DNA of 64,000 bases from an uncultured delta proteobacterium (GTDB lineage Bacteria; Myxococcota; Myxococcia; Myxococcales; Myxococcaceae), in assembly GCA_963776345.1 (NCBI GenBank), contig CAVZMH010000012.1, positions 124,502 to 188,501 of the forward strand, in the 5' to 3' direction. Under the pieces are notes generated by a model. The model was not told the origin of the DNA and did not search any database. It worked only from the letters and a program-made list of their open reading frames with translations. Within the stretch, counting starts at the first letter, position 1. Every line of letters starts with the position of its first letter. Of the stretch, positions 21,243 through 31,609 are shown in pieces. A program made the translations under genes and the position numbers.

Positions 21243-22574
21243 ATGCCGTCCTGGGCGCTGTGGCTCGGGTGCGTCGGCCTCCTGCTGGTCCGTGCCCTGA
21301 TGGCCGCGGCGGAGTCGGCGCTCTCGGGCGTCTCCGAGCTGAAGGCCAAGGAGCTGGCCACCCAGCACGGGAGGGCCGGCCGGCGTGTGCTCCGGCTGCG
21401 CACCCAGCGCGAGACGACGGCGTCGTCGCTCCGCATCGGGATGGTGCTCAGCGGCTTCCTGGCCGCGGGGGTCGGCGCGCTCGCGCCGCCGGCGATGGTC
21501 CAGTTCGACGTGGCCCGGCTGGGCGGGTACTGGGGCGTGCTCGCGGCGCCGCTGGCCGGCGTGCTCTTCGTGGGCCTGCTCGCTGCCCTGATGGACGTCA
21601 CCGCGCGCGCGGTGGCGAGCACCGACCCCGAGGTGGCCGCGCTGCGCCTCTCGTGGCTGGCCGGCCTGCTGTCCACGGTCCTGGGGCCGTTCGCCCGCGT
21701 GCTCCTGGCCGGGGTCAATCTGGTCCTCCGGCCGTTCGGGGTACGGGCGCGTTTCGAGCCGCCGCCGCCGCCGCTCGAGGAGCTCGAGCGGATGCTCACC
21801 GCCCAGGCCGCGAAGCAGGGGGTCGACGCGAGCGCGCCGGAGCTGATCCGCAGCGTGTTCGAGCTCTCGGACAAGCGGTGCCGGGACGTGATGGTGCCGC
21901 GCACCGAGGTGGTGGCGGTGGACATCTCGACCGCGCCGGCCGATATCCTCCGCATCCTCGCCGAGGAGAGCCATAGCCGGATCCCGGTCTACCGCGACGA
22001 CATCGACCACATCGTCGGGGTGCTACACGCGCGCGATCTGATCCCGTTCCTGCAGCACCCGGAGCTCATCGTCCTCGCCGACGTGGTGCGCCCGGCGGTG
22101 TTCGTGCCGTGGATCAAGCCGGTGGGCGACCTGCTGCGCGAGATGCAGCGTCGCCGGATCCACATGGCGATGGTCACCGACGAGTACGGCGGGTTCATGG
22201 GCGTGGTGACGCTCGAGGACATCCTGCGGGAGATCGTCGGCGACATCGCGGACGAGTTCGAGCAGCCCGAGTCGCTCATCGAGAAGCAGCCGGACGGCTC
22301 CTTCCTCGTGGACGCGATGCTCGAGGTGGACGAGTTCGCCGAGGCCTTTGGGCTTCCGCTGCCTGACGGGGAGTACGAGACGCTCGGCGGATACCTGAGC
22401 TCGCTCTCGGGAAGCATCCCCGAGGTGGGCGACCGCTTCACCTACGACGGGTGGCAGTTCACGATCGCGTCGAAGCAGGGCCCGCGGCTCGGCCGCGTCC
22501 GGATGAGCCGCCTCAAGGCGCCGCCCACTTCGACGCGCGAGGGCGGAGCGCAGCCGAGCACCGCCACGCCTTGA
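21243..22574 (+). CDS. HlyC/CorC (CNNM + CBS pair + CorC) hemolysin-family membrane protein
   Basis: AAESAL TM region; RDVMVPRTEV, HSRIPVY, TDEYGGFMGVVTLEDILREIVGDIADE, YETLGGY. Confidence 0.92.
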   Translation: MPSWALWLGCVGLLLVRALMAAAESALSGVSELKAKELATQHGRAGRRVLRLRTQRETTASSLRIGMVLSGFLAAGVGALAPPAMVQFDVARLGGYWGVLAAPLAGVLFVGLLAALMDVTARAVASTDPEVAALRLSWLAGLLSTVLGPFARVLLAGVNLVLRPFGVRARFEPPPPPLEELERMLTAQAAKQGVDASAPELIRSVFELSDKRCRDVMVPRTEVVAVDISTAPADILRILAEESHSRIPVYRDDIDHIVGVLHARDLIPFLQHPELIVLADVVRPAVFVPWIKPVGDLLREMQRRRIHMAMVTDEYGGFMGVVTLEDILREIVGDIADEFEQPESLIEKQPDGSFLVDAMLEVDEFAEAFGLPLPDGEYETLGGYLSSLSGSIPEVGDRFTYDGWQFTIASKQGPRLGRVRMSRLKAPPTSTREGGAQPSTATP

Positions 22575-22592
22575 CGCAGCGCGGCTAATTTA

Positions 22593-22724
22593 GAGCTGTC
22601 AATTACGAGGTGTCCAATTACGAGGTGTCAATTACGAGGTGTCTGACACCTTCCGGGGACACCTTCCGGGGGGGAGACACCTTCCGGGGACACCTTCCTT
22701 CCGGGCCTTCCGGGGGACACCTCC
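22593..22724. repeat. REP-like repeat locus 5
   Basis: AATTACGAGGTGTC x3, core T, then GACACCTTCCGGG x3-4 decaying outward. Confidence 0.9.
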
Positions 22725-22765
22725 TGAGGCCTCAAGCCTGACTGGGGGCCCGGAGCCCGGTCCCG

Positions 22766-23683
22766 CTACCGGCCGAGCAGTGGGTTGAGGGCGTCGACCG
22801 TGAGCGGCCAGCCGTTCCGCTGGGCGGTCAGCTGGAGCGCCCGCGCGAACTCGGAGGCGGTCTGGAACCGCTTCGCGCGGTCGGCGAAGGTCGCCTGCCG
22901 CACAACGTGGGCCAGGTACTCGGGGACCCCGGACCGGATCGGCTCGAGCAGCGGAACCTGGGCGTCGCGCACCCGCTCGAGCAGGTCCAGCTCGTTCGCC
23001 TGGGGAAACAAGCGCCGGTTCGCGATCAGCTCCCAGAGGATGACCCCGACCGAGTAGAGGTCGCTGCGCGCGTCGATGGACTCGCCAACCACCTGCTCCG
23101 GGCTCATGTAGGCCACCGTCCCGCGCAGCGCGCCGGGCTCCGCCCGGGGGAAGCCGTCGAACTCGGCGATGCCGAAGTCCGTCAGCTTCACGTCGCCGCT
23201 GACAGAGAGCAGCACGTTCGACGGATTCACGTCCCGGTGAACCAGCGGGACGGCCGGGCTCGCGCCGATCCCGCCGTGCAGATATGCGAGCGCCTCGAGC
23301 AGACACCACGCGATGTAGTTGGCTGCGGGCAGCGGCATCGGCGTGCCGGACTGGATGAGGAGCTCGAGGAAGTAGCCCAGCGTCCGGCCCGCGACGAGCT
23401 CTTGGACCATCAGGTAGTCCGAGCCCGCCTTGAAGCAGCGGAAGGTACGCACCAGGTGCCGATGCTGGAGGCGCACGGCGATCTTCGCCTCGTCGATGAA
23501 GTGCTTCACGTGCGCGCCGTCGTTGCGATACGCGGGAAGCAGCCGCTTGAGCACGACCTCCGGTCCTTCTCCGGCGACGGGAGTGGTCGTGGGAAGCGGC
23601 CTGGCCTGATAGACCTCGGCCATCCCGCCAACCGCGAGACGACCCACGATCTCGTAGCCTCCGAGCTCTCGGTCCAGCGCCAC
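22766..23683 (-). CDS. Hanks-type Ser/Thr protein kinase (catalytic domain only)
   Basis: LAVGGMAEVY, VVLKRL, HRDVNPSN, DFG, YMSPEQ, DARSDLYSVG. Confidence 0.93.
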   Translation of the reverse strand: MALDRELGGYEIVGRLAVGGMAEVYQARPLPTTTPVAGEGPEVVLKRLLPAYRNDGAHVKHFIDEAKIAVRLQHRHLVRTFRCFKAGSDYLMVQELVAGRTLGYFLELLIQSGTPMPLPAANYIAWCLLEALAYLHGGIGASPAVPLVHRDVNPSNVLLSVSGDVKLTDFGIAEFDGFPRAEPGALRGTVAYMSPEQVVGESIDARSDLYSVGVILWELIANRRLFPQANELDLLERVRDAQVPLLEPIRSGVPEYLAHVVRQATFADRAKRFQTASEFARALQLTAQRNGWPLTVDALNPLLGR

Positions 23684-23782
23684 GGGTCAGGAGTCTACCG
23701 CGCAGCCCGGGGCCCCCGGCGGATCCTGTGGAAATCCGGCGGCGACCGACGCATTGTGCGCGGACCTCTTGAGGGAGCTTGG

Positions 23783-24112
23783 ATGGTCTTCGCGCCGAGT
23801 CTCGTGTCTGGCATTGGAGCGTTGCTCTTCACCGTCATCGGAGCCGTCATCGGGCTGCTCGGCCCGGTGCTGCTCCTCCCACTCTGGCGAATCTTCGGCG
23901 CCAAGACCGTGCCGCTCTCACTGCTCGCCTCGGTGGGTCTGGGCATCGCCGGGGGAGTGACCGCGGGGATGCTCACGCCGTTCTTCGCGCCGGCGGGGCA
24001 GATGTTCCACGCGGTGTGGTGGGGATTCCTGCTCGCGGCGGGCAATGCCGGCGGCGTGGTCTTTACCGGGGCGATGATCGCCTCGGTTCCGGCCCGGAAC
24101 GCCGGGTACTGA
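23783..24112 (+). CDS. Small hypothetical membrane protein (about 3 TM)
   Basis: GAGGGAG RBS; MVFAPSLVSGIGALLFTVIGAVIGLLGPVLLLPLW..., strongly hydrophobic. Confidence 0.6.
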   Translation: MVFAPSLVSGIGALLFTVIGAVIGLLGPVLLLPLWRIFGAKTVPLSLLASVGLGIAGGVTAGMLTPFFAPAGQMFHAVWWGFLLAAGNAGGVVFTGAMIASVPARNAGY

Positions 24113-24307
24113 ACCGTCCCAGGTTTGACGCCGACCGCCCGGTCCCGAGTCTCCCTGTGGTCCGGGAGCGAGCGGGCGCTTGCGACCGATTTCCGCCGAG
24201 TGTTTGCCACGCCCCGCCCCCGCCGCCAGAACGGGCGCGGGCCTGGTGGCTCCGGGCATCGGCCGGAGTCCGGCTCCGGTCGCAACCACCCGTCCTTCTT
24301 CACCTTC

Positions 24308-24373
24308 TCGAGGTGTCAGACACCTCGTAATGACAGACACCTCGTAATGGCCTCGTAATGGACACCTCGTCAT
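24308..24373. repeat. REP-like repeat locus 6 (inverted orientation)
   Basis: CGAGGTGTC-A-GACACCTCGTAATG followed by GACACCTCGTAATG, CCTCGTAATG, GACACCTCGTCATG. Confidence 0.9.
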
Positions 24374-24379
24374 GGCGCC

Positions 24380-25798
24380 TCAGCGGGACTGCGGACTCGC
24401 GACGGGGTCGTCCCAGCCGCCGAGGTCGGCCGCCAGCCGTTCGGCGTCCCGGGGGCCCCAGCTCGCCGGCTCGTAGAACTGGAGCGGGGTGACGTTGCCC
24501 AGGATGGGCTCGACCACCGCCCATGCCGCCTCCACCGCGTCCTGCCGGACGAAGAGCGTAGCGTCCCCGTTCATCGCGTCGGTGAGCAGCCGCTCGTACG
24601 CGTCCGCCTCGTCGCTGCTCTGCTGCTTCACCGCCGCCAGCTCCACCGTCTGCCCCACCAGCTCGGGACCCGGCTTCTTCACCCTTGCGCTGAGCGACAG
24701 CGCCATGTCCGGTCCGAGCCGGAAGCGGAAGGTGTTCGCGTCGCGCCGGGTGAGCTTCCGAAGCGGGGGCCGGCGCAGCTTCACCACCACCTCGGTCGCC
24801 GTCACCGGCATGCACTTCCCCGAGCGGATGAGGAACGGCACCCCGTCCCATCGCCACGACGAGACCTGGAGGCGGACCGCGGCGTACGTCTCCACCTGCG
24901 ACGCGGGCGCGACCCCCGGCTCCTGCCGGTACCCTACGAACTGACCGCGGACCACGTCCTCGGGACGGATGGGCGGAATGGCCCGGAAGACGTCCCCCAC
25001 CTCGTTCCGCACCGATTCCCAGTACAGGTCGGACGGCGGCTCCATCGCCAGGAAGCCGATGACTTGAAGGAGGTGGTTCTGCACCACGTCCCGGATGCAG
25101 CCGGCCTCTTCGTAGAACCGGCCGCGTCCCTCCACGCCGAAGTTCTCGGCCATGGTGATCTGCACGCTCTCCACGTAGTTCCGGTTCCAGATCGGCTCCA
25201 GGAACGTGTTGGAGAAGCGGAAGAACAGGAGGTTCTCCACCGCCTCCTTCCCCAGGTAGTGGTCGATGCGAAAGACCGAGCGCTCGGGGAACACCTGGTG
25301 GAGGATCCGGTTCAGCTCCTCGGCGGAGGCGAGGTCCCGTCCGAACGGCTTCTCCACCACCACCCGCGCGCCCTCGGCGCAGCTCGAGCGGCTCAGCGCC
25401 TCGACGACCGTGGCGAACAGGGTGGGCGGGATCGCCAGGTAGTGCGTCGCCGCCCGCGCTCCCTCCAGCAGCGACTTGAGCTGGGTGAAGGTCGCGGGGT
25501 CGCCGTAGTCGCCATCGACGTAGCGCAGCTGCGACATCAGCTTGGAGAACGCCGGCTCGCGCACCCCGGCTCCGTGCTTCTCCACGCTCTCGCGCGCCCG
25601 CGCCTTCAGCTGCTCGAGCGTCCAGCCGGCCTTCGCCACGCCGATGACCGGACAGTCGAGAACACCGCTTTCCACCATCGACTGGAGCGCGGGGAAGATC
25701 TTCTTGTAGGCCAGGTCACCGGTCGCACCGAAGAACACCAGCGCGTCGGAACGGGTGCTGGCCTTCGGGCCCTGCCAGAACGCATCCGCGCCGCTCAT
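24380..25798 (-). CDS. zwf: Glucose-6-phosphate 1-dehydrogenase
   Basis: [43 protein letters not shown]. Confidence 0.96.
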   Translation of the reverse strand: MSGADAFWQGPKASTRSDALVFFGATGDLAYKKIFPALQSMVESGVLDCPVIGVAKAGWTLEQLKARARESVEKHGAGVREPAFSKLMSQLRYVDGDYGDPATFTQLKSLLEGARAATHYLAIPPTLFATVVEALSRSSCAEGARVVVEKPFGRDLASAEELNRILHQVFPERSVFRIDHYLGKEAVENLLFFRFSNTFLEPIWNRNYVESVQITMAENFGVEGRGRFYEEAGCIRDVVQNHLLQVIGFLAMEPPSDLYWESVRNEVGDVFRAIPPIRPEDVVRGQFVGYRQEPGVAPASQVETYAAVRLQVSSWRWDGVPFLIRSGKCMPVTATEVVVKLRRPPLRKLTRRDANTFRFRLGPDMALSLSARVKKPGPELVGQTVELAAVKQQSSDEADAYERLLTDAMNGDATLFVRQDAVEAAWAVVEPILGNVTPLQFYEPASWGPRDAERLAADLGGWDDPVASPQSR

Positions 25799-25813
25799 GT
25801 CCGCGGACTCGTA

Positions 25814-27257
25814 TCAGCCGGCGAGCGAGGCGTACAGCCGTTCGTAGGCCGCGGCCGACGTCTCCCACGACCAGTCCTGCGCCATCCCGCGTCGCCGGAG
25901 CGCATCCAGCGCGTCACGCCGATGCCACCACCAGTCCATCGCCCGCCCGCTCGCCCAGAGCAACCCAGCTGCATCGAAGGTGCTGGAACTTGAAGCCGGT
26001 GCCATCCGGAAGGTCGGCGTCGCGCACCGTGTCCTCGAGACCGCCGGTGGCCCGCACCACCGGCACCGTCCCGTAGCGCAGCGAGTACATCTGGTTCAGG
26101 CCGCAGGGCTCGTAGAGCGAGGGCATCAGGAAGAAGTCGCACCCGGCCTCCACCAGGTGCGAGAGCCCCGGATCGAAGCCGATGAACGCGCGGACCCGGT
26201 CCGGCCGCGACGCCGAGAGATCGCGCAGCCCGTCCTCGTACCAGCGCTCTCCGTTGCCGACCACCACCGCCTCGGCGCCGCCATCCACCAGCACCGGCAG
26301 CGCCTCGAGCAGAAGCGAGATGCCTTTCTGCGCCGCGAGCCGGGTGACCACGCCGAACAGCGGCGCGGCCGAGACGACCTCCGGCTCCGGCAAGCCGAAC
26401 CGGTGACGAAGCTCCGCCTTGCACACCGCCTTCCCGGAGAGATCGTTCGCGTCGTACGGCGCCGGGATGAAGGGGTCGGCCCGCGGGTCCCACTCGTGTA
26501 CGTCGATGCCGTTCAGGATGCCGTGCAGCTCGTGGGCGCGCGCCCGGAGGAGGCCCTCGAGCATGCAGCCGTAGGCCTCGGTCTGGATCTCCCGGGCGTA
26601 GGTCGGGCTCACCGTGCTCAGCGCGTCGGCGAAGGCCAGGCCGGCCTTCATGAAGTTCACCTGGCCGTAGAACTCGAGCCCGCCCGGGGTGAACGCGTCC
26701 CAGGGCAGCCCGAGGTCTCCCATCGCGTCCTTGGAGAAGAGCCCCTGGTAGGCGAGGTTGTGGATGGTGAAGAGGCTGCTCGCCTCTCCCACCGACGTGC
26801 CGCGGAACCCGCGCGCCAGCGCCAGCGCCGCGAGCCCGGTCTGCCAGTCGTTCAGGTGCACCAGGTCCGGCGCGAACTGCATCGTCTGCGCCGCGACGAG
26901 CGCGCCCACCGAGAGAAAGGCGAAGCGCCGGTGGTTGTCCCCATAGTCCCCGCTCGAGTCGCCGTAGAGGCCGGCCCGGCCGAAGAACCCCGGGTGGTCG
27001 AGGAACCAGACCTCGTGCCGGGGCGCCGGGCGAGCGACGCGGATCGCCGCTCGCTCTTCGCCGAACGGGAAGCGCAACCGGACGGCACGTCCGGAGTCCT
27101 CCGCGTTCGGCACGCGCGCCGAGGCGTACAGCGGGGTGACGACCCGGACCTCGTGACCACGCGCCGAGAGCGCCCGCGGCAACGCGTGCGCCACGTCCCC
27201 GAGGCCGCCCGATTTGCTGTAGGGGGCGACCTCCGAGGCCACGTAGAGGATCTTCAT
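25814..27257 (-). CDS. glgA: Glycogen synthase; frameshift near 25980
   Basis: KSGGLGDV, HLNDWQT, FTIHNLAYQG, MPSLYEPCGLNQMY; C-terminus FDAAGLL..GMAQDWSWETSAAAYERLY in the adjacent frame. Confidence 0.93.
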
Positions 27258-27328
27258 CGGCCCACCATGCCCACTGCTGGCCGGGCGTCAACGCCCGAGT
27301 GCGCGGCGGCTCTGGTATGGAGGGGCCT

Positions 27329-27910
27329 ATGACGGATCCGTTTCAGCAGTTCGCGGAGTGGTTCCGTGAGGCCGAGGCCGCCGTTCCGGTGGACCCGAAT
27401 TCGATGGTGCTCTCCACCGTGGGGCCGGACGGCCGACCCAGCTCGCGCGTGGTGCTCCTCAAGGGGTTCGACCACGAGGGCTTCGTCTTCTACGGCAACC
27501 TCGAATCGCGGAAATTCCGCGAGCTCCGGGCGCACCCCTGGGCCGCGCTGAACTTCCACTGGAAGCCGCTGGAGACGCAGGTGCGCATCGAGGGCCGCGT
27601 GACCCAGGTTTCGGACGCCGAGGCGGACGCGTACTTCGCCACCCGGCCGCGGGGGAGCCAGGTCGGCGCGTGGGCGTCGAAGCAGAGCGCGCCGCTCGCC
27701 AGCCGCGCGGCGCTCGAGGCGGCGGTGCGCGAGGTCGAGGGCCGGTACGCCGGCCGCGATGTCCCGCGTCCATCGCACTGGTCCGGCTTCCGGCTCGAGC
27801 CGGATCGGATCGAGTTCTGGAAGGCCGGCGAGTTCCGGCTGCACGACCGGCACGTGTTCCGCCGGCCGTCGCCCGACGCGCCGTGGGTCGAGGAGCGGCT
27901 CTACCCCTGA
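27329..27910 (+). CDS. pdxH: Pyridoxamine 5'-phosphate oxidase (fprA in Myxococcus)
   Basis: PSSRVVLLKG, QVRIEG, YFATRPRGSQVGAWASKQS, EFWKAGEFRLHDR. Confidence 0.95.
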   Translation: MTDPFQQFAEWFREAEAAVPVDPNSMVLSTVGPDGRPSSRVVLLKGFDHEGFVFYGNLESRKFRELRAHPWAALNFHWKPLETQVRIEGRVTQVSDAEADAYFATRPRGSQVGAWASKQSAPLASRAALEAAVREVEGRYAGRDVPRPSHWSGFRLEPDRIEFWKAGEFRLHDRHVFRRPSPDAPWVEERLYP

Positions 27911-27970
27911 GAGTGCGGGGGCCGAGCCTGGACGCGCAGTGCTCGTGCGCCGCCGGGCCTCACCGCCACG

Positions 27971-28165
27971 GCGCTCCCCGTCGAGGCACGCCTCCCCGCG
28001 GTGCCGGGCAGTCCACGGCCGTCAACCTGTCGCGGGGCGTCGAGCCCCGACGCGCGGCGCTCGTGCGCCGGTCAGCGTCATCGGCGTGGCGCTCCCCCTC
28101 GAGTTCCAGCACGCCTCCCCGTGGTGCCGGGCACCCTGCAGCCGTCCCCTGTCGCGGGGACCGAG
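27971..28165. repeat. Imperfect direct repeat (about 75 bp x2, period about 120 bp) between pdxH and csgA
   Basis: GCGCTCCCC.TCGAG...GCACGCCTCCCCG.GGTGCCGGGCA...GCCGTC..CCTGTCGCGGGG occurs twice. Confidence 0.65.
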
Positions 28166-28168
28166 TCG

Positions 28169-28849
28169 TCACCAGGGAATCTCGCGCCCCTGGAAGTCGA
28201 ACATCCGACCGCTCTGCTCGGCCGTGAGCCCATCCACGATCCGGAGCATCCCGCGGATCGACTGTTCGGGTGGCACCGGCGCGGCGCTCCCGCCCATCCG
28301 CGTCTGCACCCACCCCGGATGGAGGGCCACGGTGCGGAACCCCTCGCCACGCAGGTCCTCGGCCAGGAGCCGGGTGGCCATGTTCAGCGCGACCTTGCTC
28401 AATCGATACGCGTACCGCCCCCCCGAGGCCTCGGCGATGCTCCCGAGCTGGCTGGTGAGGTTGACGATCTTCTTGCCTCCCCCGGCGCGCAGCCGCGGCA
28501 GGAGCGCACGGACCACCCGCAGCGTGCCGGCGGCGTTCACGTTGAAGACCCGCAGGATGTCGGGCGGGTCGATCGGTTCGCCGCCCTTCACCCCGGAGAC
28601 GCCGGCGTTGTTGATCAGCACGTCCACCGGACCGGGCGGGAGCTGCCCGGCGAAGGCCGCCACGCTCGCGTCGTCGGCGACGTCCAGCCGGTGGATCCGG
28701 AGCCGGGCGCCGGTGCGGGCCAGCGCCTGCAGCTCCGGCGCATCGTCCGGGTCACGCGCCGTCGCTTCCACGTCCTCGCCCCGCGCGGTCAGTTGCTTGA
28801 CGAACTCGAGCCCGATACCCCTGTTCGCACCGGTGACCACGAACCGCAT
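28169..28849 (-). CDS. csgA: CsgA (C-factor)-like short-chain dehydrogenase
   Basis: MRFVVTGANRGIGLEFV, GPVDVLINNAGVSG, YAYRLSKVALNM, LHPGWVQTRMGG, SGRMFDFQGREIPW; closely resembles M. xanthus CsgA as I recall it, in the same pdxH/hemG neighbourhood. Confidence 0.8.
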   Translation of the reverse strand: MRFVVTGANRGIGLEFVKQLTARGEDVEATARDPDDAPELQALARTGARLRIHRLDVADDASVAAFAGQLPPGPVDVLINNAGVSGVKGGEPIDPPDILRVFNVNAAGTLRVVRALLPRLRAGGGKKIVNLTSQLGSIAEASGGRYAYRLSKVALNMATRLLAEDLRGEGFRTVALHPGWVQTRMGGSAAPVPPEQSIRGMLRIVDGLTAEQSGRMFDFQGREIPW

Positions 28850-28894
28850 GGCCGTGAGATAAGCAGCGGCCGCCCCGGGGGCGAGGGAAACCAC

Positions 28895-30265
28895 GTGCCG
28901 CACCTGCGAACTGCCATCGTCGGAGCCGGGATCTCCGGCCTCACACTCGCCTGGGCGCTCCGCGCGCGCGGGACACCGGTGACGGTGCTCGAGGCCGACG
29001 ACCGCGTCGGGGGCCAGATCCGCTCCTGGCTCGACGAGGGGTTCGTGCTCGAGTCCGGGCCGAACGGGTTCCTGGACCGTGACGGAGCCGTCGCCCGGGT
29101 GGCGACACAGCTGGGCATCGCCGACCGCCTCCGGCCTGCTTCCGTGGCCGCGGACCGGCGCGCACTGTTCGTGCGGGGGAAGCTCCGGTTCCTTCCGGCG
29201 AAGCCGCCCGAGCTCCTCCGCTCGGACATCGTGCCCTGGTGGGCCAAGCTCCGCCTGCTGCTCGAGCCGTTCAGCCGTCGCGGGCCGGCGGGGGTCGACG
29301 AGAGCGTGGCCCAGTTCGGCCGCCGGCACCTCGGCCGTCACGTCACCGAGACGCTGCTCGACGCGGTGCAGACCGGCATCTTCGGCGGCGACTCGGAGCG
29401 GCTGAGCGTGCGCGCCGCTTTCCCGCGGTTGTACCAGATGGAGCAGAGTCACCGGAGCCTGCTGCTCGCGGCCCGCGCGATGCGCCCCTCGACGCGGGGT
29501 GCTCCTCTCCGGCTCGCGTCGTTCGAGGGTGGGCTCGAGACGCTGCCCCGCGCGCTCGGCGCGGCGCTGGGGGAGGCGGTCCGACTGGGAGTGCGGGTCC
29601 GTGCGCTCGACCCCGGAGGGAGTGGCTGGCAGGTGCGGTGGGAAGGCGGAGGCGATCGGTTCGATCGGGTGATCCTCACCGTCCCGCCCCGGATCTCCGC
29701 CGAGCTGCTCCGGCCCCTGGATGCGAGCATCGCCACGGCGCTCGACGCGATCCGCGCGGTGCCCATCTCGGTGGTGCACCTCGGCTGGCGGCCGGCGCTC
29801 GAGCCCGACCCGGAGGGCTTCGGTGTGCTCGTGCCCGCCCGGGAGCGGCGGCGGGTGCTGGGCGTCATCTTCGCCTCCTCGGCGTATCCGTTCCGCGCGC
29901 CCGGCGGTGGAACGCTGCTGACCACGCTGGTGGGCGGGGCGCACGGCGCCGGGTGGGCCGCGCTCCCCGATGTGGAGCTGGTGGCCCTGGTCCGCGAGGA
30001 GCTGCGCGCGATCGTCGGCGTGGAGAGGCCCCCCGACCTGGTGCGCATCGTGCGCTGGTCGCATGCCATCCCGCAGTACGAGATCGGCCACCAGGCGCGA
30101 CTGGAGGCGATCGCCTCGGCACTGCGGAGGCACCCGCCGCTGGTGCTCGCGGGGAGCGCGTTCCGCGGACCGGGCATCGCCGACTGTGTGCGGGAGTCAC
30201 TGGCGCTCGCCGAGACCATCGCGCCGGCGAGCGCGGCTCCAGGCGCCGTGGCCTCGAACGGCTGA
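28895..30265 (+). CDS. hemG: Protoporphyrinogen/coproporphyrinogen oxidase (HemY type)
   Basis: IVGAGISGL, RVGGQI, ESGPNGFL, GIFGGD, AIPQYEIGH. Confidence 0.92.
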   Translation: MPHLRTAIVGAGISGLTLAWALRARGTPVTVLEADDRVGGQIRSWLDEGFVLESGPNGFLDRDGAVARVATQLGIADRLRPASVAADRRALFVRGKLRFLPAKPPELLRSDIVPWWAKLRLLLEPFSRRGPAGVDESVAQFGRRHLGRHVTETLLDAVQTGIFGGDSERLSVRAAFPRLYQMEQSHRSLLLAARAMRPSTRGAPLRLASFEGGLETLPRALGAALGEAVRLGVRVRALDPGGSGWQVRWEGGGDRFDRVILTVPPRISAELLRPLDASIATALDAIRAVPISVVHLGWRPALEPDPEGFGVLVPARERRRVLGVIFASSAYPFRAPGGGTLLTTLVGGAHGAGWAALPDVELVALVREELRAIVGVERPPDLVRIVRWSHAIPQYEIGHQARLEAIASALRRHPPLVLAGSAFRGPGIADCVRESLALAETIAPASAAPGAVASNG

Positions 30266-30496
30266 GGCGTCCGGGTGCTCGCGGGGTGCCGTCGCGTCGG
30301 CGGGACGGGGGTGCACGCCCTGGCGACCACCGCCGACGGTCGGGGAGGGGCGGCGCCGCCGGGGAGCCTCTTCCGAGCTCCGCGGCTCCGGACCATGCCG
30401 CGCGGGCGCGATGGGTCCGGGCCTCGGGGCGAGCTCGGCTCCCTCGGACTCGCGCTGAGCTGGGCGCGCCGAGCAACGGCCTGGTCGGACGACGCT

Positions 30497-31351
30497 TCAG
30501 CTCGCCAGACTGCGCTTCTCGCAGCGCGCGATGCGCCCGCCCGAGGTCTCGATGAGCCAGTAGCCCTCGTGCCCCGCCTGGGTCGACGAGCCGGCGCCGA
30601 AGATGTGCGGGCGGTGCTCGGTGGCGGGGAAGTGGTAGCGCTGGTGGATGTGCCCGTGGAGCAGCGCGAACCGGTCGCCGGGCAGGAGCGCGAGGAGCGC
30701 CGGCGCGTCCACGAGCCCGTGCAGCAGCCGGTCGGGCTTTCCGAGCACGCCGAACGGCGCGTGGTGGACGACCACCAGCACGGCGCGGCCATCGAGCTCG
30801 GGGCGCTGGAGGATCGCGGCGAGGGCGTCCCGCTGCTTCCGGCCCACGACGCCGTACGAGAGCCCGGGGAAGTACGGCACGCGCGCCGACTGGAGCCCGA
30901 TGACCGCGTCGTGCTCGCCGAGGAGCCGGACGAAGGGGAAGCCCTCCTCGACGGCAACGTCGGGGAGGTCGGAGACCAGGAGGTTCCCGAAGGTCTGCTC
31001 GAACCGGCGGGTGCGATGCGCGCCCGGCGTGTACCGGTCGTGGTTTCCGGGGATGACCGTGCAGCGGCGCGGGTCCTCCGCCCAGCGGCCGAGGGCGTCG
31101 CGGACCCCCTGGAACTCGGCCGGCAGCGCGTAGGCGGTCAGGTCGCCCGAGAGAACAACGTGGTCGACCTGGAGCGTGCTGGCGTCCTCGAGGATGCGGC
31201 CGATGGTCTCCGGCGCGCGGGCGAACGCGCGGGCCCGGCCGCCGACGGTGAGCTCCATGAACGCGATCCAGCGGCGCCATCCGAGCCGCAGGAACGAGTG
31301 CCGGCGGTAGTTCGCCGTGACGTGGACGTCGGAGAAGTGGAGAAACCGCAT
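30497..31351 (-). CDS. Metallophosphoesterase
   Basis: SDVH, SGDLT, PGNHD, HHAP, LHGHIH. Confidence 0.9.
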   Translation of the reverse strand: MRFLHFSDVHVTANYRRHSFLRLGWRRWIAFMELTVGGRARAFARAPETIGRILEDASTLQVDHVVLSGDLTAYALPAEFQGVRDALGRWAEDPRRCTVIPGNHDRYTPGAHRTRRFEQTFGNLLVSDLPDVAVEEGFPFVRLLGEHDAVIGLQSARVPYFPGLSYGVVGRKQRDALAAILQRPELDGRAVLVVVHHAPFGVLGKPDRLLHGLVDAPALLALLPGDRFALLHGHIHQRYHFPATEHRPHIFGAGSSTQAGHEGYWLIETSGGRIARCEKRSLAS

Positions 31352-31441
31352 CGGGCGCCGGGCTCTTAGCAAGCCGCGGGCCCGCCGGCACGAGGCGTTC
31401 GGCGCGGCATCCTCCGGAAATCACGACCAGTGGAGCCTCGG

Positions 31442-31528
31442 TCCGAGGCGGTCTGAGGCCGGTCTGAGGGGTCTGAGGTGTCAGACACCTCGTAATGGAC
31501 ACCTCGTCATGGACACCTCGTCATCGTG
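31442..31528. repeat. REP-like repeat locus 7 (inverted orientation)
   Basis: GGTCTGAGG units, GAGGTGTC-A-GACACCTCGTAATG, GACACCTCGTCAT x2. Confidence 0.88.
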
Positions 31529-31609
31529 ATCGTGGGGCGGCCCCTGGCCAGGCGACAGGCCCCCGGGGCATTGCCGGGGAGGGGGCCATGTGGCACGTCT
31601 GAGCGACAC

